Assembly (NCBI GenBank): GCA_020632665.1
Contig: JACKFC010000015.1
Coordinates: forward strand, 21,734-85,733
DNA length: 64,000 bases
Origin: Deltaproteobacteria bacterium
GTDB taxonomy: Bacteria; Myxococcota_A; UBA9042
Direction: 5' to 3'
Shown here: piece by piece, positions 7,731-16,238 of the stretch
Layout of the letters: every line of letters begins with the position of its first letter
Position numbering within the stretch: position 1 is the first letter of the stretch
The notes under the pieces: generated by a model
Told to the model about the DNA's origin: nothing
What the model saw: the letters and a program-made list of their open reading frames with translations, nothing else
Databases searched by the model: none
Made by a program: the position numbers and the translations under genes

Positions 7731-10724
7731 CTACTTGCAACAGGTCGCGTAGCCCGGACAGCAGTCGCCCGCGGTCTGGCAGTAGCCGTCGCAGTAGCAA
7801 TCCTTGGTGCTGTAGATCAGGCAGACACCCGGGATGAGCTCGATGAGGCAAGGCCCGTTGATGGTGCCGGCAGGCGAGGACGAGCCGCACTTGCCGCCGC
7901 AGACGCTGCCGGCGCAGGTGTTGCACGCGTCGCCGCCCTGGCAGTCGTCGTCCTTGTTGTTGCACTGGATCTCGGTCGCGCCAGGATGCACGGCGCTGTC
8001 GCTGTCGGCACAGTCGCCGCTGTTCTTCGCGGTATACTTGCCGGTCGGCTTGCAGAGGACCTGGCTGGAGCCGGCCACGCCCCAGCCGTCGCCGTCGTTG
8101 TCGAGGTAGTAGGTGACCTTGCCTGGCGCGCTCTCGTCGGTCTGGCCGTTGCAGTTGTCGTCCTTGTCGTTGCAGCTCTCCGCGGCTCCGGGCTTGGTGG
8201 TCGCGGCGTTGTCGTCGCAGTCTCCGGATTGGGTCGCGGTGTAGCTGCCGAGCGCCTTGCACAGGCATTGGCTGGCACCGCTCTGGCCGAAGCCGTCCTT
8301 GTCGTTGTCGATGTAGTAGTCGGTGCAGCCGGCAGCGCCTTGCTCGTCGGTGACGCCGTTGCAGTTGTCGTCCTTGTTGTTGCAGGCCTCGGTCGCGCCG
8401 AGGTGGACGCCCTTGTCGTCGTCCTTGCAGTCGCCGGGCTTGAGCGCCGAGTGCGTGCCGTCGGCGGCGCAGAGGCATTTGGTCGGCGCGTAGGCGTCGC
8501 CGTAGCCGTCTTTGTCGGCGTCGACGAAGTAGGTATTGCAGCCCGCGGCACCGACGCCGTCGGTGCTGCCGTCGCAATCGTCGTCCTTGCCGTTGCAGCT
8601 CTCCTTGCCGGCCGGCGAGACGTTGGCCAGCGCGTCGTCGCAGTCGCCGGCCTTGGTCGCGGTGTAGGGGACCTTGGCCTTGCAGAGGCAGGCGGTGTCG
8701 CTGGGCTTGCCGTAGCCGTCTTGGTCGGCGTCGCCCCAGTAGATCGTGCAGCCCACCGCGTCGACCTCGTCGGTCACGGCGTCGCAGTCGTCGTCCTTGC
8801 CGTTGCAGACCTCGCCCTGCTTCGGCGAGGCGGCGGCGTCGGCGTCGTCGCAATCGCCGGCCTGGGTGACGACGTGGGTGGCGTCGGGCTTGCAGAGGCA
8901 GAGCTCGCTGCCGGGCTTGCCGTAGCCGTCCTTGTCGCCGTCGACGTAGTGCTTGCTGCAGCCGCTGGCGTCCTGCTCGTCGGTTTGCCCGTCGCAGTCG
9001 TCGTCGATCGTATTGCAGGACTCGGCGGCCTTCGGCGAGACGTCGGCGACCTTGTCGTCACAATCACCGGCTGCCGTCGCGGAGTAGGCGCCGGTGGGGG
9101 CACAGAGGCATTGCGCCAGCGTCGCGTCGCCGTAGCCGTCCTTGTCGCCGTCGAAGTAGAGCTTGGTGCAGCCGACCGCGTCTTGTTCGTCGGTCTGCCC
9201 GTCGCATTCGTCGTCTTTGCCGTTGCAGGACTCGGTTGCCGCCGGATGCACGCTCTTGTCGCCGTCGTCGCAATCACCGGCGATGAGGACCGGGAACGCT
9301 GCCGTCGGCTTGCACAGGCATGCGTTCTTGCTGCCGTCGCCGGCGCCGTCGAGATCGACGTCGGCGTAGGCGGTTTGGCAGCCCAGGGCGTCCTGTTCGT
9401 CGGTCTGGCCGTCGCAGTCGTCGTCCTTGCCGTTGCAGACCTCGGTCGCCGAGGGCGCGATCGAAAGGTCGAGCGGGGCGCAGTCCGCGGCGTCGAGCGC
9501 GCCGTCGTTGTCGTCGTCGGGGTCGACGCAATCGGCGAGGCCGTCGCTGTCGGTATCGGTGAAGCCCTCGTCGGTCTGGCCGTCGCAGTCGTCGTCCTGG
9601 CCGTTGCAGGCCTCGGCGGCCGGGGTCGCCGCCGAGCAGAGCAGCACGGCGCCGTCGCAGCTCGTGGTGCCGGGGCAGCTGCCGAAGGTATTGCTCTGCT
9701 GGCACGGCTGGCCGCTCAACGCCTCGTCGGTCTGGCCGTCGCAATCGTCGTCCTGGCCGTTGCAGAGCTCGGCGGCGGGGGCCTTCGCGTCGCAGCCCGC
9801 ACTGAGACCGTCGCAGGTCGTCGCGCCGGTGCAGGCGCCGAATTCGTTGCTCTGCTGGCAGGGCTGGCCGCTGAGGCCCTCGTCGGTCTGGCCGTCGCAG
9901 TCGTCGTCTTGGTCGTTGCAGACCTCCGCGATCGGGGTCATCGCGTTGCAGCCGGTCAGGCCGTCGATCGCGCACTTCCGCTGGCCGAGGCAGGTGCCGG
10001 CGTCGTTGCTGACGCTGCAGGTGGTGCTGTCGCCCGCGGCGATCGCGGCGGGGGAGCAGGTGCAGTCGGCGTCCTTGCGCACGCATTGCTTCGCCGCGCC
10101 TTGTTGCCCCTGCGCCAGCTCGCAGGCGTAGCCGCTGGGACAGTCCGCGCTCTCGATGCAGCCGGCGCCGCAGAAGCCGCCGCCCGCGCCGGTCTGCACG
10201 CAGAGGGCGTCTTTGGCCAGGTCGTCGCAGAAGGCGTCGGTCTCGCAGGGGCGGCAGAGCGCTTTGAGCTTGGAGACGCAGATGAAGACGGTGTCGCTGC
10301 CGGGGGCGGACTCGCAGGTCCAGCCGGTGGGGCAGCACTCGATGCAGGTCCGCGAGCAGCGCTTGCCGTCGGGGCTGTCGACGCACCAACTCGAGTCGCA
10401 GTCCGAAGCCTGCTCGCACGCCGCGCCGGGCTCGCCGGGGGCCGGATTGGCGGGGAAATCGCAGCCGTTGCCGGACTCGCCGGTGTCGACGTCGGGGCTG
10501 CCGTCGACCGCCGTCGCCGCGTCGACCGGGCCGGCGCCGGCGTCGCTGGTCGGTTTCGCGTCGTCGCTGCCGAAGCCGACGTCGAAGCCGAAGAGCACGT
10601 CGGAGCCGCCGCCCGCTTGGCCTGCGCCCTGGGTCGCGGTCGGGCCGGAGTCGCTGCAGCCGACGATCGCGACGGCGAGGAGGAGCGAGGCCACGACGCT
10701 GCGGCAAGGAAGAGATGCGGTCAC
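7731..10724 (-). CDS. Secreted lipoprotein with ~11 MopE-type putative metal-binding Cys repeats, plus EGF-like and thrombospondin-type-3-like segments
   Basis: GTG at 10724 with GGAGG 6 nt upstream. Lipobox LLLAVAIVGC. The motif GDCDD..(P)..E.CNG.DDDCDGQTDE is repeated about 11 times. One DTDSDGLADCVDPDDDNDG Ca-binding-like stretch is present. The C-terminus is Cys-rich. Confidence 0.85.
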   Translation of the reverse strand: MTASLPCRSVVASLLLAVAIVGCSDSGPTATQGAGQAGGGSDVLFGFDVGFGSDDAKPTSDAGAGPVDAATAVDGSPDVDTGESGNGCDFPANPAPGEPGAACEQASDCDSSWCVDSPDGKRCSRTCIECCPTGWTCESAPGSDTVFICVSKLKALCRPCETDAFCDDLAKDALCVQTGAGGGFCGAGCIESADCPSGYACELAQGQQGAAKQCVRKDADCTCSPAAIAAGDSTTCSVSNDAGTCLGQRKCAIDGLTGCNAMTPIAEVCNDQDDDCDGQTDEGLSGQPCQQSNEFGACTGATTCDGLSAGCDAKAPAAELCNGQDDDCDGQTDEALSGQPCQQSNTFGSCPGTTSCDGAVLLCSAATPAAEACNGQDDDCDGQTDEGFTDTDSDGLADCVDPDDDNDGALDAADCAPLDLSIAPSATEVCNGKDDDCDGQTDEQDALGCQTAYADVDLDGAGDGSKNACLCKPTAAFPVLIAGDCDDGDKSVHPAATESCNGKDDECDGQTDEQDAVGCTKLYFDGDKDGYGDATLAQCLCAPTGAYSATAAGDCDDKVADVSPKAAESCNTIDDDCDGQTDEQDASGCSKHYVDGDKDGYGKPGSELCLCKPDATHVVTQAGDCDDADAAASPKQGEVCNGKDDDCDAVTDEVDAVGCTIYWGDADQDGYGKPSDTACLCKAKVPYTATKAGDCDDALANVSPAGKESCNGKDDDCDGSTDGVGAAGCNTYFVDADKDGYGDAYAPTKCLCAADGTHSALKPGDCKDDDKGVHLGATEACNNKDDNCNGVTDEQGAAGCTDYYIDNDKDGFGQSGASQCLCKALGSYTATQSGDCDDNAATTKPGAAESCNDKDDNCNGQTDESAPGKVTYYLDNDGDGWGVAGSSQVLCKPTGKYTAKNSGDCADSDSAVHPGATEIQCNNKDDDCQGGDACNTCAGSVCGGKCGSSSPAGTINGPCLIELIPGVCLIYSTKDCYCDGYCQTAGDCCPGYATCCK
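7920..9930 (-). repeat. Tandem coding repeats (~190-bp period) encoding the MopE-like modules
   Basis: The CNGxDDDCDGxTDE codon blocks recur through this span of the lipoprotein gene. Confidence 0.8.
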
Positions 10725-10846
10725 GTGGGCCTCCGCGGCAGCCCGAAACGACGGGCTCCGTCGCCTGCCATCATGGCAAGACCGCAGCGAAGATCCAGAC
10801 AATCACGGCGTCGAAGGGTCGGTCGGCCCCGCCGCGGCAGCGGAAA

Positions 10847-11371
10847 TCAGTCGTAGCGGTAGATCGAGGCGACCGGGACGTCGCCCAACCGGGCGCGGCC
10901 GCCGAGGAAGCCGAGCTCGACCATGAAAGCGAAGCCGACGACGACGCCGCCCGCTTTCTCGATCAGTCGCTTCGCAGCGGCTGCGGTGCCGCCTGTGGCG
11001 AGGACGTCGTCGACGATGACCACGCGCTCACCCGGCGCGACGGCGTCGACGTGCATCTCGATCGTGTCGGTGCCGTATTCGAGCGCGTACTCCTCGCGCA
11101 CGACCTTCCACGGGAGCTTGCCCGGCTTGCGGATGAGGACCAGGCCGCGCCCCATCTCGTACGCCAGCGGCGCGGCGAAGAGGAAGCCGCGCGACTCGAT
11201 TCCGGCGAGCTTCTCGGGCTTGCAGGCGCTGACCTCGGCGATCATCGCTTCGGTGACGACGCGCCAGGCCTTGCCGTCGGCGAGCAGCGGCGCGATGTCC
11301 TTGAAGACGATGCCCGGCTTGGGGAAGTCGGGGACGTCGCGGATCAGCTTCTCGGCATCATGGATGGACAT
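10847..11371 (-). CDS. apt: Adenine phosphoribosyltransferase
   Basis: DFPKPGIVFKDI and the PRPP motif VVIVDDVLATGGTA. 174 aa. Confidence 0.95.
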   Translation of the reverse strand: MSIHDAEKLIRDVPDFPKPGIVFKDIAPLLADGKAWRVVTEAMIAEVSACKPEKLAGIESRGFLFAAPLAYEMGRGLVLIRKPGKLPWKVVREEYALEYGTDTIEMHVDAVAPGERVVIVDDVLATGGTAAAAKRLIEKAGGVVVGFAFMVELGFLGGRARLGDVPVASIYRYD

Positions 11372-11395
11372 GGGACTCCTCGGCGGTGGACGCGC

Positions 11396-12190
11396 TCAGG
11401 CCTTGCGGCTGCGGGAGCGGTCGTCGGGCTTGGCCGCCGCCTCGGGCATCGCGACGCCGAGCGCGTCGGCGAGCGGGGCCAGGCGATCGTGACCGGTGAT
11501 ATCGTCGGCGAGCGGGGTGACGCTGACGAAGTTGTCGCGGATGGCGTTGCAATCGCTGCCGGGCAGATCCGGCATCGAGACGCGGGAGCCGCCGATCCAG
11601 AAGTAGAGCCGACCGCGTGGGTCGTTCCGCTCGTAGACTTCGTTGGAATAGAAGCGCGCGCCGAGCCGAGTCACGCGCAGCCCGGCGAACGGCATGCGGT
11701 CGGCGGCGGGCAGGTTCACGTTCAGCGTTTGGCCGAGCGCCTTGGCCTGCGGGATCAGCTGCTCGAGCAAGGGGCCGAGCACCGGGCGCAGGGGCGGCAG
11801 CAGGGCCTCGTCGCTGGCGAAATGCGAGAACGCGATCGCGGGGATGCCCCAATGGGCGCCTTCGAGCGCGCCGGAGACGGTGCCGGAGTAGAGCACGTCG
11901 TGGGCGAGGTTCGGGCCGGGGTTGACGCCCGAAAGGACGAGGTCCGGCGCGAGTTCGAGCTGGTGCAGCCCGAGGTAGACGCAATCGGTCGGCGTACCGT
12001 CGCAGGCGTACCAGCGCTCGGAGACCTCGCGCAGGCGCAGCGGCCGGAAGAGCGTGATCGCGTGCGAGCTGCCGGAGCGCTCGGTGTCGGGGGCGACCAC
12101 CCAGACTTCGCCGAAGTCTGCGGCCACCTCGGCGAGCAGCCGGAGTCCGGGAGCGTGAATACCGTCGTCGTTGGTCAGCAGGATGCGCAT
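11396..12190 (-). CDS. surE: 5'/3'-nucleotidase SurE
   Basis: MRILLTNDDGIHAPGL at the N-terminus, GVNPGPNLAHDVLYSGTV. 264 aa. Confidence 0.95.
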   Translation of the reverse strand: MRILLTNDDGIHAPGLRLLAEVAADFGEVWVVAPDTERSGSSHAITLFRPLRLREVSERWYACDGTPTDCVYLGLHQLELAPDLVLSGVNPGPNLAHDVLYSGTVSGALEGAHWGIPAIAFSHFASDEALLPPLRPVLGPLLEQLIPQAKALGQTLNVNLPAADRMPFAGLRVTRLGARFYSNEVYERNDPRGRLYFWIGGSRVSMPDLPGSDCNAIRDNFVSVTPLADDITGHDRLAPLADALGVAMPEAAAKPDDRSRSRKA

Positions 12191-12321
12191 CGCGGCGTAG
12201 GTAAGCGCACAGGGGACTGGGATGCAACCGGCAGTTTTCTTGCCGCCGGCCGGTCTCGGGCTACGGTCGCTCTCGTGGACCCAAAGCGCCCGATGGTCGT
12301 GCGCAAAGCCGCGAGAGCACC

Positions 12322-13902
12322 ATGGATTCCGCCGACGTTCGCCAGGACCTGCTGTTCTGCCGAGGCTGCGGCAAGCACTACCGCGGCCGCCGCCGACGTT
12401 GCCCGGACGACGGCGCCGAGCTCGAGTGGGTGCGGCCGTTCGCCGGAGAAGAAGGTACGCGGGTCGACGATCGCTACGTCCTCGAGCGCCGGATCGGCAT
12501 CGGCGGGATGGGCACCGTCTGGCGGGCGCGCGACGAACTCACCGGACGCAAGGTCGCGCTGAAGCTGCTCAACGAGCGCTACGCCGCCCACGCCGCCAGC
12601 GCGCAACGCTTCCTGCGCGAGGCCCGGCTGATGCGCAAGGTCAACCATCCCGGCGTGGTGTCGTTGCACCGCTTCGGACCGACCGGCGACGGCGCGCTGC
12701 TCATCGACATGGAATATATCGACGGCGAGACCGTCCGCGAGCGCGTGCTCCGGGTCGGCGGCGGCGTCGACATGGAGATCGGCCTGCGGGTGCTGGACGG
12801 CTTGCTCGCGGCGCTGGCGGCCTGCCACGACGCCGGCCTGGTCCACCTCGACGTCAAGCCCGAGAACGTGATGCTGCACACGGCGGTGCACGAGGGCACG
12901 GTCAAGCTGGTCGACTTTGGCATCGCGCAGCCGATTGGCCCCATCGAGCACGGTGAGGACTTCGTCGTCCTCGGCACGCCGGCGTTCATGAGCCCGGAGC
13001 AGGTCCGCGGCGTCCCGGTCGACGCACGTACCGACCTCTACCTGGTCGGCTGCGTCGCTTTCGAGTTGCTGACGGGTGAGCCGCCCTTCCGCGGCGACAA
13101 GCCCTTCGAGCTCTGCCAGGCGCAGGTGCTGACCGCACCGCCGACGCTCGCCGAGCGGATGCCGGGCAAGAAGCTGCCCGACGGGCTGGATCGTTGGGTC
13201 GCGGCGTTGCTGGAGAAGAACCCGGACAACCGGCCGCGCTCTGCCCGGGTCGCGCGCGAGGCGTTGCGGCAGATTCGGCTGCGCCACCGCGAGGCCTCGC
13301 TGCCGCGTGCGCACTCGCCGCGGCCAGCCTCGATCAGCCGCTTGATGCACGCAGATCCGGCGCGGATCCAGATCGCCAACAGCCAGGGCGCGGTGCGGGC
13401 CCTGCGGGCGCTGGTGGAGGTCCGCCAGATCGGCGACGGCGGCACGCTCTACGGCCCGAAGGCGCTCGAAGAGATGGCGAAGCACCTGCTGGCCGGCGCA
13501 GTGGCGGAGCTGCGCGACTGCGGCGCGACCGTCCTCGGCCCCGAGGGCGCCTTCCTCGACATTCGCATGGCCTGCGACGACGACGAGCGCGGCGCCATCC
13601 ACCACCTGCTCGACATGCTCGGCAAGATGCACGCTGACGTCGGCCGGATCCCCGAACCACGGCTGGAGGTCCGCGCCGCTGTGCTGGCGGATAGCCCGGA
13701 CGCCCCTGGCTTCCTGCAGTCGCGGCCGCAGCACGAGCTCGCCGCGCTGCTGCATATCGGACCCGATACGCACGTGCGCGTCGACGAGCACGTCGCGCGC
13801 TGGGCCGGACGGCGGCCGATCGTGCGCCTCGCGTCATTCCGCGAGGCCGGGATCTCGGGCCTGACGACGCTCTACGCGACGACGCTGCAGCAAGCCGTCT
13901 AG
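12322..13902 (+). CDS. Ser/Thr protein kinase with an N-terminal zinc ribbon and a C-terminal degenerate cyclase-homology-like domain
   Basis: CRGCGKHY...CPDDG. Kinase motifs GIGGMGTVWRA, ALK, HLDVKPENV, DFG, TPAFMSPE. Confidence 0.9.
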   Translation: MDSADVRQDLLFCRGCGKHYRGRRRRCPDDGAELEWVRPFAGEEGTRVDDRYVLERRIGIGGMGTVWRARDELTGRKVALKLLNERYAAHAASAQRFLREARLMRKVNHPGVVSLHRFGPTGDGALLIDMEYIDGETVRERVLRVGGGVDMEIGLRVLDGLLAALAACHDAGLVHLDVKPENVMLHTAVHEGTVKLVDFGIAQPIGPIEHGEDFVVLGTPAFMSPEQVRGVPVDARTDLYLVGCVAFELLTGEPPFRGDKPFELCQAQVLTAPPTLAERMPGKKLPDGLDRWVAALLEKNPDNRPRSARVAREALRQIRLRHREASLPRAHSPRPASISRLMHADPARIQIANSQGAVRALRALVEVRQIGDGGTLYGPKALEEMAKHLLAGAVAELRDCGATVLGPEGAFLDIRMACDDDERGAIHHLLDMLGKMHADVGRIPEPRLEVRAAVLADSPDAPGFLQSRPQHELAALLHIGPDTHVRVDEHVARWAGRRPIVRLASFREAGISGLTTLYATTLQQAV

Positions 13903-13973
13903 GCCTGCGCGCCGCCGCACCGCCGCCGCGCCGCCGCGCCACGCTCGATCACGCTTTGGGCAAAAACGCCGAA

Positions 13974-14007
13974 GGCGCCAACCCCGCGAGGAGATTGGCG
14001 CCTTCTT
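13974..14007 (+). terminator. Hairpin plus T-rich tail downstream of the kinase gene, abutting attL
   Basis: GGCGCCAA (13974-13981) pairs with TTGGCGCC (13995-14002), followed by TTCTT. In the uninterrupted locus it would sit back-to-back with the tRNA-Asp 3' end. Confidence 0.4.
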
Positions 14008-14031
14008 GGCGGAGTGGACGGGACTTGAACC
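14006..14031. repeat. attL core: orphan copy of the tRNA-Asp 3' end
   Basis: TTGGCGGAGTGGACGGGACTTGAACC is identical to 29685-29710. The sequences diverge immediately beyond it. Confidence 0.85.
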
Positions 14032-14138
14032 GCCACACCCGCCAGCGCGGCAGTTGGCGCAAGAGACGAGCATGATCCGCCGCCCCATCTCCAACGCCCC
14101 GCACTTCGACCAGAGCTTCCTGTTCTGGTGGAGGCCGG

Positions 14139-14474
14139 ATGCGGCTCCTTCACATCGTCATCGCCGAGGCCGAGAACGCGCCTTGTCCCGCTGATCCCCT
14201 GGCGGCCGTCGCCGAGGCCGTGCTCGAACTGGTCGACACCGCGAGGGGCGACGAGCAAAGCTTCGCAGCGGCAACGCTGCTCATGCAGCTCCCTGCGGCG
14301 CGTGCCCGCCTTGACGCGATGTGGCAAGACCACGACCGGCGCCGGAAGGTCTGCATCGGCGCTTATCAGCTGATCGTCGCTGCCGACCAGCTCCGCCTCG
14401 CGCATCGACTACCGCCGCGCCAGGCAGCCATGATGGAGGCGCTCCGCGCCGCGGCCGAGCGGGCAGATGGCTAG
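14139..14474 (+). CDS. Hypothetical protein (111 aa)
   Basis: GGAGG 6 nt upstream of the ATG and high GC3. No motif recognised. Confidence 0.55.
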   Translation: MRLLHIVIAEAENAPCPADPLAAVAEAVLELVDTARGDEQSFAAATLLMQLPAARARLDAMWQDHDRRRKVCIGAYQLIVAADQLRLAHRLPPRQAAMMEALRAAAERADG

Positions 14475-14499
14475 CCCGGCCGCCCACGAGCGAAGGGGC

Positions 14500-14935
14500 G
14501 AGCCGCATCCGCCGCATCGGCGATGCGTCCGACCTGCATCCGTCGGATGCAGGCGACATGCTTGCAGTTGCGCATTCACGCATCGCCGGATGCGCGCACC
14601 AGGCACGCATCGAGACGCATCCGCGGGTCGCATTCGCCTGCATGTCACGCCGCATCCGGACGCATTCTGCGCATCGCGGATCGGCCGAAGACGTGATCAC
14701 GGGCGATCGCGCCCGAAATCAGTCCCGCTCGGCCCGCATACCGTCCGCATCAGCCATGCATCCCGGCGATGCGCGGAGGATGCTCGCGGTTGCGCATTCA
14801 CGCATCACCGAATGCACGCAACAAGCCCGCATCGAGACGCATCCGCGGGTCGCATTCGGAGGCTTCGAATGTCGCATCGGTCCGCATCAGCGACGCATCG
14901 ACGGTCTCAAGTTTTTTGCTCTTTCGTTTCAATGG
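14500..14935. promoter_or_regulatory. Iteron array plus AT-rich patch (candidate replication origin or regulatory array)
   Basis: 17 exact CGCATC/GATGCG hexamers and at least 9 one-mismatch variants in about 400 bp. Two 70-bp imperfect direct repeats (14567-14636 and 14789-14858). Palindromes CTGCATCCGTCGGATGCAG and CGCATCGCCGGATGCG. An AT-rich stretch at 14907-14933 lies just upstream of a wHTH gene. Confidence 0.5.
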
Positions 14936-15011
14936 GTCATGCGACGGGAGTGCGACGGCCGCATTTTCCGCAGTTGCGCCCATGCGAGCGACTGGGGCAG
15001 GCCAAGACGAG

Positions 15012-15815
15012 ATGAGCGCGACCTTCCACCAAATGATGCCGATCGACTCGTTCTTCGACCAGATGGTCGAGAACGGGTCGAGCCGCACCCGCGGAATGCT
15101 CTGGATGGTCTTCAGCATCATCAAGAACGACGCTCACCAGAAGACCGGCAACGCCGGCGTCCGCTCTGCCCGCTGGCTGGCGGGTCGCGCCGGTATCCAT
15201 GTCAGCACGTTCTGGCGTGCGGTCGCCAAGCTGACGGAGGCTGGCTGGCTGCGCCGCGAGCCGACCTGGAGCTGCGTCGACTACGGGATGCGCGGCCCGA
15301 ATCGATGGTGGGTGCCGGCAATGGAGGCCGGCCGTCCCGTGGAGCTGTTCGGGGAGGTAGCTGAGTCGACGCCGGCTGCCGAGCCTCCCGCTGCACCGGT
15401 GGCAGGTCCTGCCGGACCGCGAGCCGTGGATGCGTTCTTCCGCGACCCTCTGGCCAGCTTCGACGCTCAGGCTCCGGCGACGAGACGGACCCAGGAGTTG
15501 CCGAGTCGCGCTGAGCTGTCACTCCTGGGTACCTATCGCAGTGGCGAGTCGGTCGAGAAGTACGAGCGCAACCGCTGGGACCGCATCCTCGGCACCAGCA
15601 AGATCGACCCCGCGGACCGCAAGTCGCTTCGGAGCGCAACGGTCCTGCGCCAAGTTGGCCGCTCCGCCCGTTCCGACGGCCTGACCGAGTACGTGGTCGA
15701 GGTCCCAGAGAACCTGGTCCCCGTCGCTGAGCGCTGTTGGAGTTCAGTGCTCGAGCACGCGCGAGAGAGCAGCATCGCGCTAGTTCTCTATCGCGCCCAG
15801 CCGCCACCCGGCTAG
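15012..15815 (+). CDS. Winged-helix DNA-binding protein (candidate replication initiator or regulator)
   Basis: ARWLAGRAGIHVSTFWRAVAKLTEAGWLRRE is an HTH/wHTH motif. GC3 jumps from about 60% to about 88% at the ATG at 15012, so the track start at 14769 is rejected. Confidence 0.65.
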   Translation: MSATFHQMMPIDSFFDQMVENGSSRTRGMLWMVFSIIKNDAHQKTGNAGVRSARWLAGRAGIHVSTFWRAVAKLTEAGWLRREPTWSCVDYGMRGPNRWWVPAMEAGRPVELFGEVAESTPAAEPPAAPVAGPAGPRAVDAFFRDPLASFDAQAPATRRTQELPSRAELSLLGTYRSGESVEKYERNRWDRILGTSKIDPADRKSLRSATVLRQVGRSARSDGLTEYVVEVPENLVPVAERCWSSVLEHARESSIALVLYRAQPPPG

Positions 15816-16238
15816 CACCAATCCTTCCCAGCACGACAATCGCGAGGGCCACCGGCTCATGGGCCGGTGTGTCCTCTGTTCGCATTTTTGGGCCGAGAAC
15901 GGCTTCGCGCTGGCGCGACGGTCCCTCTGCCGTCGGCGCTGGCTGTGCTCGAGCCGTCGCAGTCGGCCGGGACCGACGCGTTCTGCAGAATCCTCAATTA
16001 TTTCCGGTGTCGCGTATCAAGCACCACGTTGTCGCTGATCAGCATCGACACCTGTCGCAAGTGCGCACCGGCGGGTGCCGCGCAGCAGCGAGACATGATC
16101 AGAGTGTTTTCAAAGTCTTCTACAGATGAATTTCAGAACCGCCCGCTCCGCGGTCGCGCCCTCCGGGCGGGTGAAACACTGGCAATGGGTGACTGCACGG
16201 CTGGCTTGCGGGACGATCGCGATCGCGAGGAGGCGCGG

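Noticed and set aside
7674-10856. 1060-aa plus-strand ORF (Ala/Val/Gly/Leu-rich)
   Set aside because: It is exactly antisense to the MopE-repeat lipoprotein gene and has no motifs. The minus frame has the lipobox, the Cys repeats and a proper RBS. This is a typical high-GC shadow ORF.
14006-14194. Track ORF MAEWTGLEPP... and the idea of a second tRNA or pseudo-tRNA at attL
   Set aside because: Only the last 26 nt of tRNA-Asp are present. Upstream sequence cannot form the T-arm, anticodon or D arms. The ORF is just a translation of the att core.
14500-14900. Possible CRISPR array (also 25678-25950)
   Set aside because: There is no alternation of fixed-length repeats with unique spacers. The units are contiguous or irregular and there are no cas genes. 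This is an iteron or tandem-repeat structure instead.
14769-15011. Upstream extension of the wHTH ORF across the iteron field (track start 14769)
   Set aside because: GC3 in this stretch is about 60%, versus about 88% after the ATG at 15012. The stretch consists of the hexamer repeats and the AT-rich patch.
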